Both the position numbers and the translations under genes were made by a program. The notes under the pieces are model-generated. The model was not told the origin of the DNA. It did not search any database and saw nothing but the letters and a program-made list of their open reading frames with translations. Below are positions 19,912 through 28,652 of a stretch of DNA of 64,000 nucleotides, piece by piece. Origin of the DNA: a virus; IMG/VR virus record IMGVR_UViG_3300015360_000025. One strand, 5' to 3'. How positions within the stretch are numbered: the stretch's first letter is position 1; each line of letters opens with the position of its first letter.

Positions 19912-20297
19912 CAACTCCAAGGCTCACCAAGGTGTTCAAATCTGTTTTCCATGGTCAGGTGTACGAACTGAATGGCAAGGGATATGATGTGCCTGAGCTG
20001 ACCTACTGGTGCGTCGAGAACCTGGATTTACGGAACATTCCTCTCGTCGATCTCACCATGTCCAAGTCGGATGAGAAGCACGCGTCAAAAGAGTTCAAGA
20101 AGCACGCCAGAAAGGTCGATCACAAGGGTTACCCGATCGTGGTCGTGGCCAGGAGCGACGGCAAGTTACAGATCGCGGACGGAAACCACCGCGCCTTCAA
20201 AGCCGCCTCCGCTGGGGAGAAGACGATCGAGGGGTACATCATCCCCGAAGATCAACTTCCAGACTCGGCCCTGGCTGGCGAAGAGGAAGAGGAGTGA
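19908..20297 (+). CDS. ParB/Srx-like domain protein
   Basis: YPIVV...QIADGNHRAFKA. Confidence 0.7.
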   Translation: MTTPRLTKVFKSVFHGQVYELNGKGYDVPELTYWCVENLDLRNIPLVDLTMSKSDEKHASKEFKKHARKVDHKGYPIVVVARSDGKLQIADGNHRAFKAASAGEKTIEGYIIPEDQLPDSALAGEEEEE

Positions 20298-20461
20298 AGA
20301 CGGTATCGTTCGTAAAGCAGTGTCCACGGGATGTCTGTCTGATTCAAAATCGTGCACTCCCTCCTGAAAAAAGACTCGAGGAATACTACGTCCGGAAAAG
20401 CAATGTCCTCTCCAGACTTCTCACTTCGTAGTAATCTGTGTTACAATAACCAAGAGGACTC

Positions 20462-23368
20462 ATGATCAAGGACTTCGCCAGCTTTCACAACCACAGTCAC
20501 TTCTCCGTAATGGATGGTATCAGCCTTCCTGAGGAGATGATCAAGACTGCTAAGGCGAAGGGGTTAAAGTCCATTGCGATTACAGACCACGGGCACTGTC
20601 ACGGTCATGCCGACTTCTTCCTGTTCGGGAAGAAGCACGGCGTCCGTACTGTGTTCGGAGTCGAGGCTTACGTTATCCACGACTTGAAGGAGTGGCAGGA
20701 CCTCAAGGACTCAGCCGGCTTCGAGGACACACAGGAACGGGACTCCAACACTGCCGGTGATGACGAGGGGAAGAAACTCTCGAAGCAACTCTACCGTAAG
20801 GGACACCTAGTCCTCCTGGCGTGCAACAGGGAGGGTTTGGCGAACCTGTACCAGCTGACTTACAAGGCCCACAAGGATGGGTTTTACGCCAAACCCAGGA
20901 TGGACAAGAAGATGCTGGCCCAACATTCTAAGGGCGTCATCGCGACGTCTGCATGCATGGGCGGTGTCATCGCCAACAAGTGCTGGGACCTGAAGAACGG
21001 ACGAGGAGACTTCCAAGACATAGTCAACGAGGCGAAGGAGTTCGACGAGATCTTTGGCCGAGGACGTTTCTTCCTGGAACTCCAGTTCAACGAACACGAC
21101 GGACAAAGGTTCATCAACGAATTGCTTGTACGAGTTCACAAAGAGACAGGGATCCCGCTGACCGTAACTACCGACTCTCACTACACTCAGCCAGAAGAGT
21201 GGAAGGCTCAAGAGCTCCTCTACATGCTCCGGTCCAATAAGACCGTGACGACGCGTGGGGACAAGTGGGACTTCCAGGTCAAGCAGCTCTACATCAAATC
21301 TCCCGAAGAGATGTGGCAGACGTTTGAGAAGTTCGGCGGGATGCTTGAACCGAAGATCGCGCTTGAAGCATTCCAGAACACGATGCTCATCGACAGTCTG
21401 GTCGACGACTACGAGCCAGACACACACAAGCGACTACCTTCCCTTCCGTACGAAGACCCGTTCATGGAGATGATGGCTCGGGCCGTGAAGGGGCTCAAGG
21501 CCCACGGTCTGGCGCAGAAGGACGAGTACAAGACCCGTCTCCTTCACGAGATGAAGATTATCAAGGAGAAGGGGTTCGCCAACTACTTCCTCATCACCCA
21601 GCAGATCATCGAAGAGGCGCGCAAGACCATGATGGTCGGAGAGGGCCGTGGTTCGTCCGCGGCGTCACTCGTCTGCTACTGCTTGGGGATAACCGACCTT
21701 GATCCCATCGAACACGACCTGCTATTCGAGCGCTTCATGGACCCATCCAGAACTGAGGAGCCCGACATCGACATTGATTTTGAGGACGTTGAAGCGACTA
21801 AGGACATGCTTCGCCGAATGTTCGGCGAACAGAATGTAGCGTGTCTTTCCTCGTATGGTACCTTTCAGATCAAGGGTCTTCTGAAAGATGTTGGCCGGGT
21901 TTATGACCTGCCTGTTAAGGTCGTCAACGACGCCAACAAGAAGATCGAGAAAGAACTAAAGGTCCTCTACCTAAACCAGGACAAGAGCACCCTCGTCATC
22001 AAGTTGGAAGACGTGCAAAGAGTCAGTCAGACATTCCGAGAGCTGGTTGAGAAGTATCCGCTGGTAGGTGAGCACCTGACCAAACTTTACGGACGCAACC
22101 GACATTGCAGTCGACACGCCGCAGGTGTCATCATCGGCGATAACCTCCCGGCCGAGACTGCATTGTGGGTCCAAAAAGACAAAGATACGGGGAAGCAGAT
22201 CGTCCAGGCGTCCTTCACTGAAGGCATCGTCAACAAGAATGTCTCGGCGATGGGCTTCACCAAGTTCGACATCCTCTCCATCGCCACACTCAAGGTGATA
22301 CACTATGCCCTCAAGCTAATCTCCGAGAGGACCGGACGTCCAATAACGGAACTCCGAGAGATGGTCCGTTCGAAGAACATGAAGTTGAATGACCCGAAGA
22401 TCATGGAGCACTGCTTCTGGAACGGGAACTTTGCCGGGGTCTTCCAGTTCACTGAAAAGGGGATTCGACGTGTGGCGAAGAACGTCCATCCCGATACCTT
22501 TGTCGACATCTCAGCCATCTCTTCCATCTACCGTCCAGGTCCATTGGCTGGCGGCTTTGACAAACTCTACGCTCACAACAAACACCATCCTGAAGATGTG
22601 ACCTACGAGCATCCGCTGCTTGAGTCAATTCTGAAGAAGACACGTGGTTGTATCGTGTTCCAAGAACAGCTGATGCAGATCTGCAACTCTCTGGGCAAGA
22701 TGTCGTGGAAAGACGTGAATGCCGTACGCAAGGTTCTACTGAAGAAGGACAAGAGCAAGACAGAAGAGTTCCTTAAGTCAGAGAACGAACGTCTCGCCGG
22801 ACTGTTCTACAAGGGGTGCGAAGAGAACGGCTACCCTCGATACATTGTGACCGGGACTGAAAAGAAGAAGGACGAGAAGGGTGAAGAGAAGGAAGTTGAG
22901 ATCAGAATTCCGAAGGCGGAGAAGCTCTGGAATGACCTGCTTGCGTTCGGTGGCTACGGATTCAACAAAAGTTTGCACTTTGCTCAACGAATTGCTATTT
23001 ATAGTAACGGGAACGTAATCTCTAAGGAAATCAAGGACGTACAAAAAGGTGATTTAGCATTTTCTCGTGATGAAAAAAGCGGCAAAATATTTTTAGAACC
23101 AATCGTTGCTCTTCATGACCACGGAGAACTTGAGTTAATAGAATTTACGATGGATGATGGGAGTACTGTGCGATGCACGGCAAATCACAAGTTCAGGACG
23201 ACGACCGGAGAGATGTCACGAATCTCAGAGATTATGGCCAGAGACTTGGAGATCGTCTCGTTTGCAGACTTTGCGCCACTAGTGTCAGATCAGCTTCTCA
23301 TTGGGAAGCAGGACGTTGTAAACAAGCTCATGTCTGTAAATGTGGAGCAGAGTTCATCGGAACGATAG
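20462..23368 (+). CDS. dnaE: DNA polymerase III alpha, N-terminal part + split intein N-half
   Basis: PHP HNHSHFSVMDG, GRGSSAAS, PDIDIDF, KFDIL, FQF, YRPGP, IVFQEQ, GYGFNK followed by intein. Confidence 0.95.
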   Translation: MIKDFASFHNHSHFSVMDGISLPEEMIKTAKAKGLKSIAITDHGHCHGHADFFLFGKKHGVRTVFGVEAYVIHDLKEWQDLKDSAGFEDTQERDSNTAGDDEGKKLSKQLYRKGHLVLLACNREGLANLYQLTYKAHKDGFYAKPRMDKKMLAQHSKGVIATSACMGGVIANKCWDLKNGRGDFQDIVNEAKEFDEIFGRGRFFLELQFNEHDGQRFINELLVRVHKETGIPLTVTTDSHYTQPEEWKAQELLYMLRSNKTVTTRGDKWDFQVKQLYIKSPEEMWQTFEKFGGMLEPKIALEAFQNTMLIDSLVDDYEPDTHKRLPSLPYEDPFMEMMARAVKGLKAHGLAQKDEYKTRLLHEMKIIKEKGFANYFLITQQIIEEARKTMMVGEGRGSSAASLVCYCLGITDLDPIEHDLLFERFMDPSRTEEPDIDIDFEDVEATKDMLRRMFGEQNVACLSSYGTFQIKGLLKDVGRVYDLPVKVVNDANKKIEKELKVLYLNQDKSTLVIKLEDVQRVSQTFRELVEKYPLVGEHLTKLYGRNRHCSRHAAGVIIGDNLPAETALWVQKDKDTGKQIVQASFTEGIVNKNVSAMGFTKFDILSIATLKVIHYALKLISERTGRPITELREMVRSKNMKLNDPKIMEHCFWNGNFAGVFQFTEKGIRRVAKNVHPDTFVDISAISSIYRPGPLAGGFDKLYAHNKHHPEDVTYEHPLLESILKKTRGCIVFQEQLMQICNSLGKMSWKDVNAVRKVLLKKDKSKTEEFLKSENERLAGLFYKGCEENGYPRYIVTGTEKKKDEKGEEKEVEIRIPKAEKLWNDLLAFGGYGFNKSLHFAQRIAIYSNGNVISKEIKDVQKGDLAFSRDEKSGKIFLEPIVALHDHGELELIEFTMDDGSTVRCTANHKFRTTTGEMSRISEIMARDLEIVSFADFAPLVSDQLLIGKQDVVNKLMSVNVEQSSSER
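22970..23365 (+). mobile_element. Split intein N-half (132 aa, Ser1)
   Basis: SLHFAQRI block A, VRCTANHKF block B, then stop codon. Confidence 0.88.
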
Positions 23369-24156
23369 GTATTAATTCTGATTTTAAGTCTCATAAGAAG
23401 ACGTGCGAAATTTACAGTTCTTGGCGAAATGAAACAAACATTAAAAACGGACGGCGCGGTTACGCTTCCATAGTCGAGCGCGGTGAAGTTGAGGTGTGGA
23501 AAGAAAAGATTGGGAAGGCTGTCAGTAAAACTATTGTCTCAAATCCACAAGAGATAATGAGGCGTCAGGAATTGAGTAAGACGACAATAACGGCTTGGGC
23601 AGTATCAAAAGAGGGACGAAGAAAATCGTCAGAGACTGCGATTAAGACATCTGCTAGACCCGAAATACAGAAAGTTAGAGCTACTGTCTTGAAAAGATGG
23701 AGAGACGAGAACCCCGAGGAATTCTACCAGAAATCAATCGTTGCTATGCACACAGTATTCGTCTCCAAGCCACAGGTAAGACTCTCAGAAGAATGTAAAA
23801 AAATTGACGATGGTTTCAAACATAACCAGCAGATTAAAAATCTTGAATTCACAAATAAAACGCACAGACGTCAATTAGATGTTTTACATGCCGAAAAGAA
23901 AATTGTCGTAGAATTTGACGGACCCGTTCACTTCAAGAAATTTAGAAAGAATCAAGATCTAGAGAAAACAAAGAGGCACGATGAAGAGATGAACGAGGTA
24001 CTTTCGCGTATTGGTTATGCCGTTGTTCGTATTTCCTACGAAGATTATGATCATCGACGTGGTGGATCTTTTTCAGCCCGCGCATTGAATGTGATAAGAT
24101 CTCTAGTGGAGAAACAAAACCCAGGCATATACAAGATTGGGGGTGCATATTCCTAA
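23173..24156 (+). CDS. Free-standing Vsr/DUF559-like homing endonuclease between the intein halves
   Basis: LDV...VVEFDGPVHF...GYAVVRI; AT-rich; different frame, overlapping both dnaE parts; true start uncertain. Confidence 0.8.
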   Translation: MHGKSQVQDDDRRDVTNLRDYGQRLGDRLVCRLCATSVRSASHWEAGRCKQAHVCKCGAEFIGTIGINSDFKSHKKTCEIYSSWRNETNIKNGRRGYASIVERGEVEVWKEKIGKAVSKTIVSNPQEIMRRQELSKTTITAWAVSKEGRRKSSETAIKTSARPEIQKVRATVLKRWRDENPEEFYQKSIVAMHTVFVSKPQVRLSEECKKIDDGFKHNQQIKNLEFTNKTHRRQLDVLHAEKKIVVEFDGPVHFKKFRKNQDLEKTKRHDEEMNEVLSRIGYAVVRISYEDYDHRRGGSFSARALNVIRSLVEKQNPGIYKIGGAYS

Positions 24157-24259
24157 GATAATTTCAGCTAAAAACATAGGCAAGCATCAGACATTCGATA
24201 TCGAGCTCGCTCACGAAGACCATCAGTTTTTTCTGGAAAACGGTTTGTTGACATCAAAC
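24137..24259 (+). mobile_element. Split intein C-half (about 41 aa)
   Basis: Blocks F/G ending TSN before Ser+1; TTG (or GTG 24143) start. Confidence 0.88.
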
Positions 24260-25258
24260 TCACACTCTGACGCATACTCAGTTATGACCATGCAGTGTGC
24301 GTTCCTGGCCACCTATTATCCTCGGGAGTTTTACGCCGCCCTACTTACCAAGGGGCAGTCCGGGGACCTTCAACAGTACGTTAGCGATATCCAACGCACG
24401 GGCATCAAAATCCTTCCGGTCAGCATCAATTCCAGCCAGGGTACACACGTGATCGACGGGAACACCATCCGGCTCGCATTGAACTCCGTACCAGGAGTTG
24501 GACAGTCGGCCGTCGAAAAGATCATGGCACACCAGCCGTATAGTGATTTCCACGACTATATCCGAAGATCTGGTGTTGGAAAGACGGCCACGGCCCCTCT
24601 CATCCTTGCTGGCGCGTTCGACTGCGTCTATCCAAACATGAAGGACCTCGACATAAACTACGCGTACTACAACGAGTTTCCAGATTACAAGAGGAAGACG
24701 CGAGCCAAAAATAAGCCAGACGCCAAGTGTTGGGACGATTGGATCAAATTCTTCGATGAGGAGAACATGAGCGAAGACTACACTCTAGCTGAGAAGGTCG
24801 GACACGAGAACGAACTTTTCGACTTTTCTCTCCGTGGTTCCCCATTTGAGATCCTCGATAGGATGGACAAGATCGAGAAGTATCTCGCCGAGAAGGCTGG
24901 TGAGCTTACCGTTATTCACTACGATCTCGACTACGTCCAGGCGATCAAGAGCAAAGTCGAAGTGATTTGTATTCCAGTGACAATCAGAAGAATCTTCGAG
25001 AAGCCACAGCGTAACGGTCAGATGTTCTCGTTCCTTACGTTCTCAACGTTTGACGAAGTGGAATTCGATGCCCCCTGCTTCTCTACAATATGGAAATGGA
25101 TCAAGCCAATCACCAAGAAGGGGACGGTGTACATGGCTGTCTTTAACAGAAAGCTTGGAGAAGAAGCGGAGAACCTGGTAGTCGGAAGACCGGGCTTCAG
25201 TCACTCTGGTGCATCATCCTTAAAGTACATGTTCGACGTGGATCAGATCAAACTTTGA
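24137..25258 (+). CDS. dnaE: Split intein C-half + DNA polymerase III alpha C-terminal part
   Basis: TFDIEL...HQFFLENGLLTSN|SHSDAY...YYPREFYAALL, ILPVSIN, VPGVG HhH. Confidence 0.92.
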   Translation: MGVHIPKIISAKNIGKHQTFDIELAHEDHQFFLENGLLTSNSHSDAYSVMTMQCAFLATYYPREFYAALLTKGQSGDLQQYVSDIQRTGIKILPVSINSSQGTHVIDGNTIRLALNSVPGVGQSAVEKIMAHQPYSDFHDYIRRSGVGKTATAPLILAGAFDCVYPNMKDLDINYAYYNEFPDYKRKTRAKNKPDAKCWDDWIKFFDEENMSEDYTLAEKVGHENELFDFSLRGSPFEILDRMDKIEKYLAEKAGELTVIHYDLDYVQAIKSKVEVICIPVTIRRIFEKPQRNGQMFSFLTFSTFDEVEFDAPCFSTIWKWIKPITKKGTVYMAVFNRKLGEEAENLVVGRPGFSHSGASSLKYMFDVDQIKL

Positions 25259-25515
25259 CAGGAGAGAACTCGATGATCAAGATCCATTGGTGGGAAGATG
25301 CGCAGGGTCGTTATACTTGTCACAAGAACGATCGTGGACTCTCATTCAAAGAGAGCTTTCTCGGCGAACTAAAACGCGGTAGTGGTGCACCCGAAACATG
25401 GTATTTCATCATCGCCAATACTGATGACGTTGTCGGTCCATTCAAACACATGGGAGCAGCGAGGCGAGCTCTCGAGGCCGCTGTGGGTGGTGAACCCATA
25501 ACTACTTGGGACTGA
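25255..25515 (+). CDS. Hypothetical protein
   Basis: Short coupled ORF. Confidence 0.55.
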   Translation: MTGENSMIKIHWWEDAQGRYTCHKNDRGLSFKESFLGELKRGSGAPETWYFIIANTDDVVGPFKHMGAARRALEAAVGGEPITTWD

Positions 25516-25523
25516 GAGGAAAC

Positions 25524-26621
25524 ATGGCCAACGATATCTGCTTAGTAATTCCGACGATCAGGGAAAATTCTTTTAACGACTTCGTGAAGCGCTGGAGCGC
25601 GATTGGTCTGTTCGAGCATACTGACCTGCTCATCATGGAGGACAATCCGACCAAGACCTTCGACATCCAGAACAGCGTCAGCAACGGGATCCCCTGTACG
25701 TTGGGTCACTTTGCCTGGGACTCCATCGCCAAGAGCCTGGGAGATGAAGAGTGGATCATCCCCCGACGGTCAGACACGGTCCGCAGCTTCGGGTACCTCG
25801 AAGCATACCGTCGAGGGTACAAGTTCATTCTTACCCTGGATGACGATTGCTACCCGACGGGGGAGGAGGATGGTGTCACCTACACTGGCGCTGGATTCCT
25901 CGGCGATCACCTCAAGCAGATCACTAAGCGTTCCCGGTGGTTCAACACACTAAATTCAGTGAAGCCACGTGGAATTCCGTTCTACAACGTCGGAGTCCAG
26001 AAAGAAGTAATCGTGAACCATGGTCTCTGGACGAAGGTTCTTGACTACGACGCTCCTTTCCAACTCGCCAATCCGATTCCTGAGCAGTATTCGTTTGACA
26101 ATCGCATCATTCCTTCAGGACTCTACTTCCCGATGTGCGGCATGAATGTCATGTGGAAGGCCGAAGCTACGGTCCTCATGTATCATCTCCTTATGGGGAG
26201 GCGGAAGGCGATGCTGGACAACGTCCCGGGAGCGGACGAGCATGACCTCGTGAAGCTGCCCTTCGATCGCTTCGGTGACATCTGGTGTGGCATCCTGATG
26301 AAGAAGGTAGCCGATCACCTCGGGAAGTTGGTGTCCACTGGCATGCCATACATTAGGCACGAGCGCGCATCCAATCCATTCACCAATCTGAAGAAAGAAG
26401 CGAATGGGATCGAGGTCAACGAAGACCTGTGGCAGTTCATAGATGACATGGATCTCACGGGGACAGAGAAGGGAGTAAGCCCATATGTGTCTGCCTACAC
26501 GAGGATCGGTCTCTATATGAAAGAGTTCACGTCTCTTTATCCAAAGTACAAGGAACATGAGGAGTACTTCAAGTTACTGAGTCTGGCGATGGTTACATGG
26601 GCAGATCTGTTTAAGGAGTGA
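25524..26621 (+). CDS. RGP / GT75 family protein (UDP-arabinopyranose mutase-like)
   Basis: VIPTIR, TLDDDC, PRGIPF (conserved Arg), NHGLW...DYDAP, FPMCGMN, RFGDIWCG, TGMPYIRHERASNPFTNLKKE. Confidence 0.88.
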   Translation: MANDICLVIPTIRENSFNDFVKRWSAIGLFEHTDLLIMEDNPTKTFDIQNSVSNGIPCTLGHFAWDSIAKSLGDEEWIIPRRSDTVRSFGYLEAYRRGYKFILTLDDDCYPTGEEDGVTYTGAGFLGDHLKQITKRSRWFNTLNSVKPRGIPFYNVGVQKEVIVNHGLWTKVLDYDAPFQLANPIPEQYSFDNRIIPSGLYFPMCGMNVMWKAEATVLMYHLLMGRRKAMLDNVPGADEHDLVKLPFDRFGDIWCGILMKKVADHLGKLVSTGMPYIRHERASNPFTNLKKEANGIEVNEDLWQFIDDMDLTGTEKGVSPYVSAYTRIGLYMKEFTSLYPKYKEHEEYFKLLSLAMVTWADLFKE

Positions 26622-27799
26622 TTGTGAACCACGTTTGTCAAATATGCGGACAAGCTTTTCGTAGGCCTGGATCACGACCTGTCGCAACATGCGGTAAATC
26701 ATGTCGTGGCATTTCGCTTTCGAGAAAAATGAGCGGAAACGGAAATCCGATGTTCGATAAGGTAGGTTCAGATCATCCGAAATTTGGAAAGAGAGGAAAT
26801 TCTCTGCCGTCTGGGTGGAAACATTCGAGTGAGACCAAGACAAAGCTTCGTGAGTCTTGGCTTAAACGTACGAAAAATGGGACCGTTCTCGGCAATTTGA
26901 AGTTCAAGATGGGAGAATACATATCTAAAAAAACTGGCCGCCGCGAAATATTCCATTCATCTTACGAGAAGACGAGGATGGAGTTTTTGGACATGTCACA
27001 AGATGTCATTGACTGGACGAAGCAACACGGCATCTCTATACCGTACGAATTTCGGGACGCAGAGCATCTATACATTCCTGATTTCCTTGTAACGTGGATG
27101 GACGGCCAAAAGACATTAGAAGAAATAAAAGGCTTCGTCAAGGATCAGAAGCAGCTTTTCGCAAAGAATATGGCTGCTGTCTCATACGCAGAAGACAACG
27201 GCTTGATATTCCGTCTTCTCCAAAAAAGAGACCTTGTCTCTCCAAAGAAGCATCGTGTATTTTTTCTCGAAGGACCAGACAATTGTGGGAAATCACATAT
27301 TGGGCGCGGACTTTCGCAACATCTGACGATTCCTTATTTCAGGTTTTCGCGACAGCACGAGATGTGGACCAAGAACCAATTTAAGACTGCACTAGAGTTT
27401 GATCAGCCTTTACTTGTTTCGTTCTTGGGACAGACGAAATCTGATGTAATTGTAGATCGCGGATATGCATCAGAATTTGTTTACTCAAAGGTCTTCGGGA
27501 GAGAGACAAATCGAAAAGTACTTGAATATGTAGACAAAAAATTTTCAGAATTGGGAGCCGTATTCCTCATCTTTCTACGTCGTGATTATTCGAAGAATGG
27601 CGGCGACGTCGTCGTCCCAGACGAGAAATTGTTGGAGCTCCACGAAGAATATCTGAAGTTTGTCGATTGGACGAGGTGCTCGTGTATCGTGATGTATGTC
27701 GATGATCTTGGTAATGACCTAAAGCTTCAAGTAGTTTCGTTGCAGTCAGCCATGGACATGGTCGATCTCTCTGTTGGAAAAAATATCATCTTCACATGA
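26618..27799 (+). CDS. Fusion: NUMOD3/TnsA-like endonuclease + dNMP (thymidylate-kinase-like) kinase
   Basis: N-terminal CxxC, GWKHSSETKTKL, FHSSYE...YIPDF...EEIKG; C-terminal EGPDNCGKS P-loop, IVDRGYASEFVY. Confidence 0.8.
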   Translation: MIVNHVCQICGQAFRRPGSRPVATCGKSCRGISLSRKMSGNGNPMFDKVGSDHPKFGKRGNSLPSGWKHSSETKTKLRESWLKRTKNGTVLGNLKFKMGEYISKKTGRREIFHSSYEKTRMEFLDMSQDVIDWTKQHGISIPYEFRDAEHLYIPDFLVTWMDGQKTLEEIKGFVKDQKQLFAKNMAAVSYAEDNGLIFRLLQKRDLVSPKKHRVFFLEGPDNCGKSHIGRGLSQHLTIPYFRFSRQHEMWTKNQFKTALEFDQPLLVSFLGQTKSDVIVDRGYASEFVYSKVFGRETNRKVLEYVDKKFSELGAVFLIFLRRDYSKNGGDVVVPDEKLLELHEEYLKFVDWTRCSCIVMYVDDLGNDLKLQVVSLQSAMDMVDLSVGKNIIFT

Positions 27800-28251
27800 A
27801 GAAAGAGAACGCCATCTACTTCCAGAGCAAGGGGTATCAAGAGTTTCGTTTCATGAGTAACTTTTACGCTGCACCGTTCAGCGTTGGACCAGCTTTGTAT
27901 CCAACTGTCGAGCACTACTACCAAGCATCGAAGGCGACCAATATGGACGACTTCAGGCATGTCATGGCTGCCACGACACCAGGCGAAGCAATGAGACGTG
28001 GGCGATCAATCCAGACTCCGCTATCCTGGGAACACATGAAGATCGAAGTCATGACACGTGCATGTCGAATGAAATTCGAGCAGAATACTGACCTCAAAGA
28101 GATGTTGCTAGCTACGGAAGGATTCGAGCTGGTGGAGTACGCTCCCTGGGGCGATACATTTTGGGGAGTAGGGAAGGACTACGTAGGACAGAACAACTTG
28201 GGAATCATCCTGATGCAAGTCAGGACCGAACTGAAAGAGAGGACAAAATGA
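27796..28251 (+). CDS. NADAR (YbiA-like) protein
   Basis: FMSNF, YPTVEHYYQA, KFEQN, LLAT, DTFWG, GQNNLG..LM.VR. Confidence 0.92.
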   Translation: MKKENAIYFQSKGYQEFRFMSNFYAAPFSVGPALYPTVEHYYQASKATNMDDFRHVMAATTPGEAMRRGRSIQTPLSWEHMKIEVMTRACRMKFEQNTDLKEMLLATEGFELVEYAPWGDTFWGVGKDYVGQNNLGIILMQVRTELKERTK

Positions 28252-28652
28252 AGAAGATTCGAACCGTAGACGTGAGCACACTGTTCAAGCTGGCGGAGGG
28301 ATTCCTGAATAACAGGACCAAGACCCACCGTGTCACTGGTAACTTCGGCCTGTTCAGGGCCATGATTTCCTTGTTCCTAGGGAGGGTCGCCTTGTATTTG
28401 ACGACTATTGCTTTCAGAATCCTTCCGAAAGAGCAACCTCTCAAGCTCCCGGATACCCTGGTCCGTCCAGCGCTCGTCGAGATGGCAACCGAAAAGCTGC
28501 CAGATCGCAAGGTCGACAACCTCGGGTCGTACGGACCAGCCATTTACGCTCCCGTCACCCCTGGACGGTATGCTGGGGTACGAACAGAAGATGTGATTCA
28601 GACAGACATAGCCGAGATGAATAAGGGCTTCGGGACCACTGGTAAGAAATGA
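28248..28652 (+). CDS. Hypothetical protein
   Basis: ATG 28248 with GAGG RBS, coupled at both ends. Confidence 0.6.
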   Translation: MKKIRTVDVSTLFKLAEGFLNNRTKTHRVTGNFGLFRAMISLFLGRVALYLTTIAFRILPKEQPLKLPDTLVRPALVEMATEKLPDRKVDNLGSYGPAIYAPVTPGRYAGVRTEDVIQTDIAEMNKGFGTTGKK

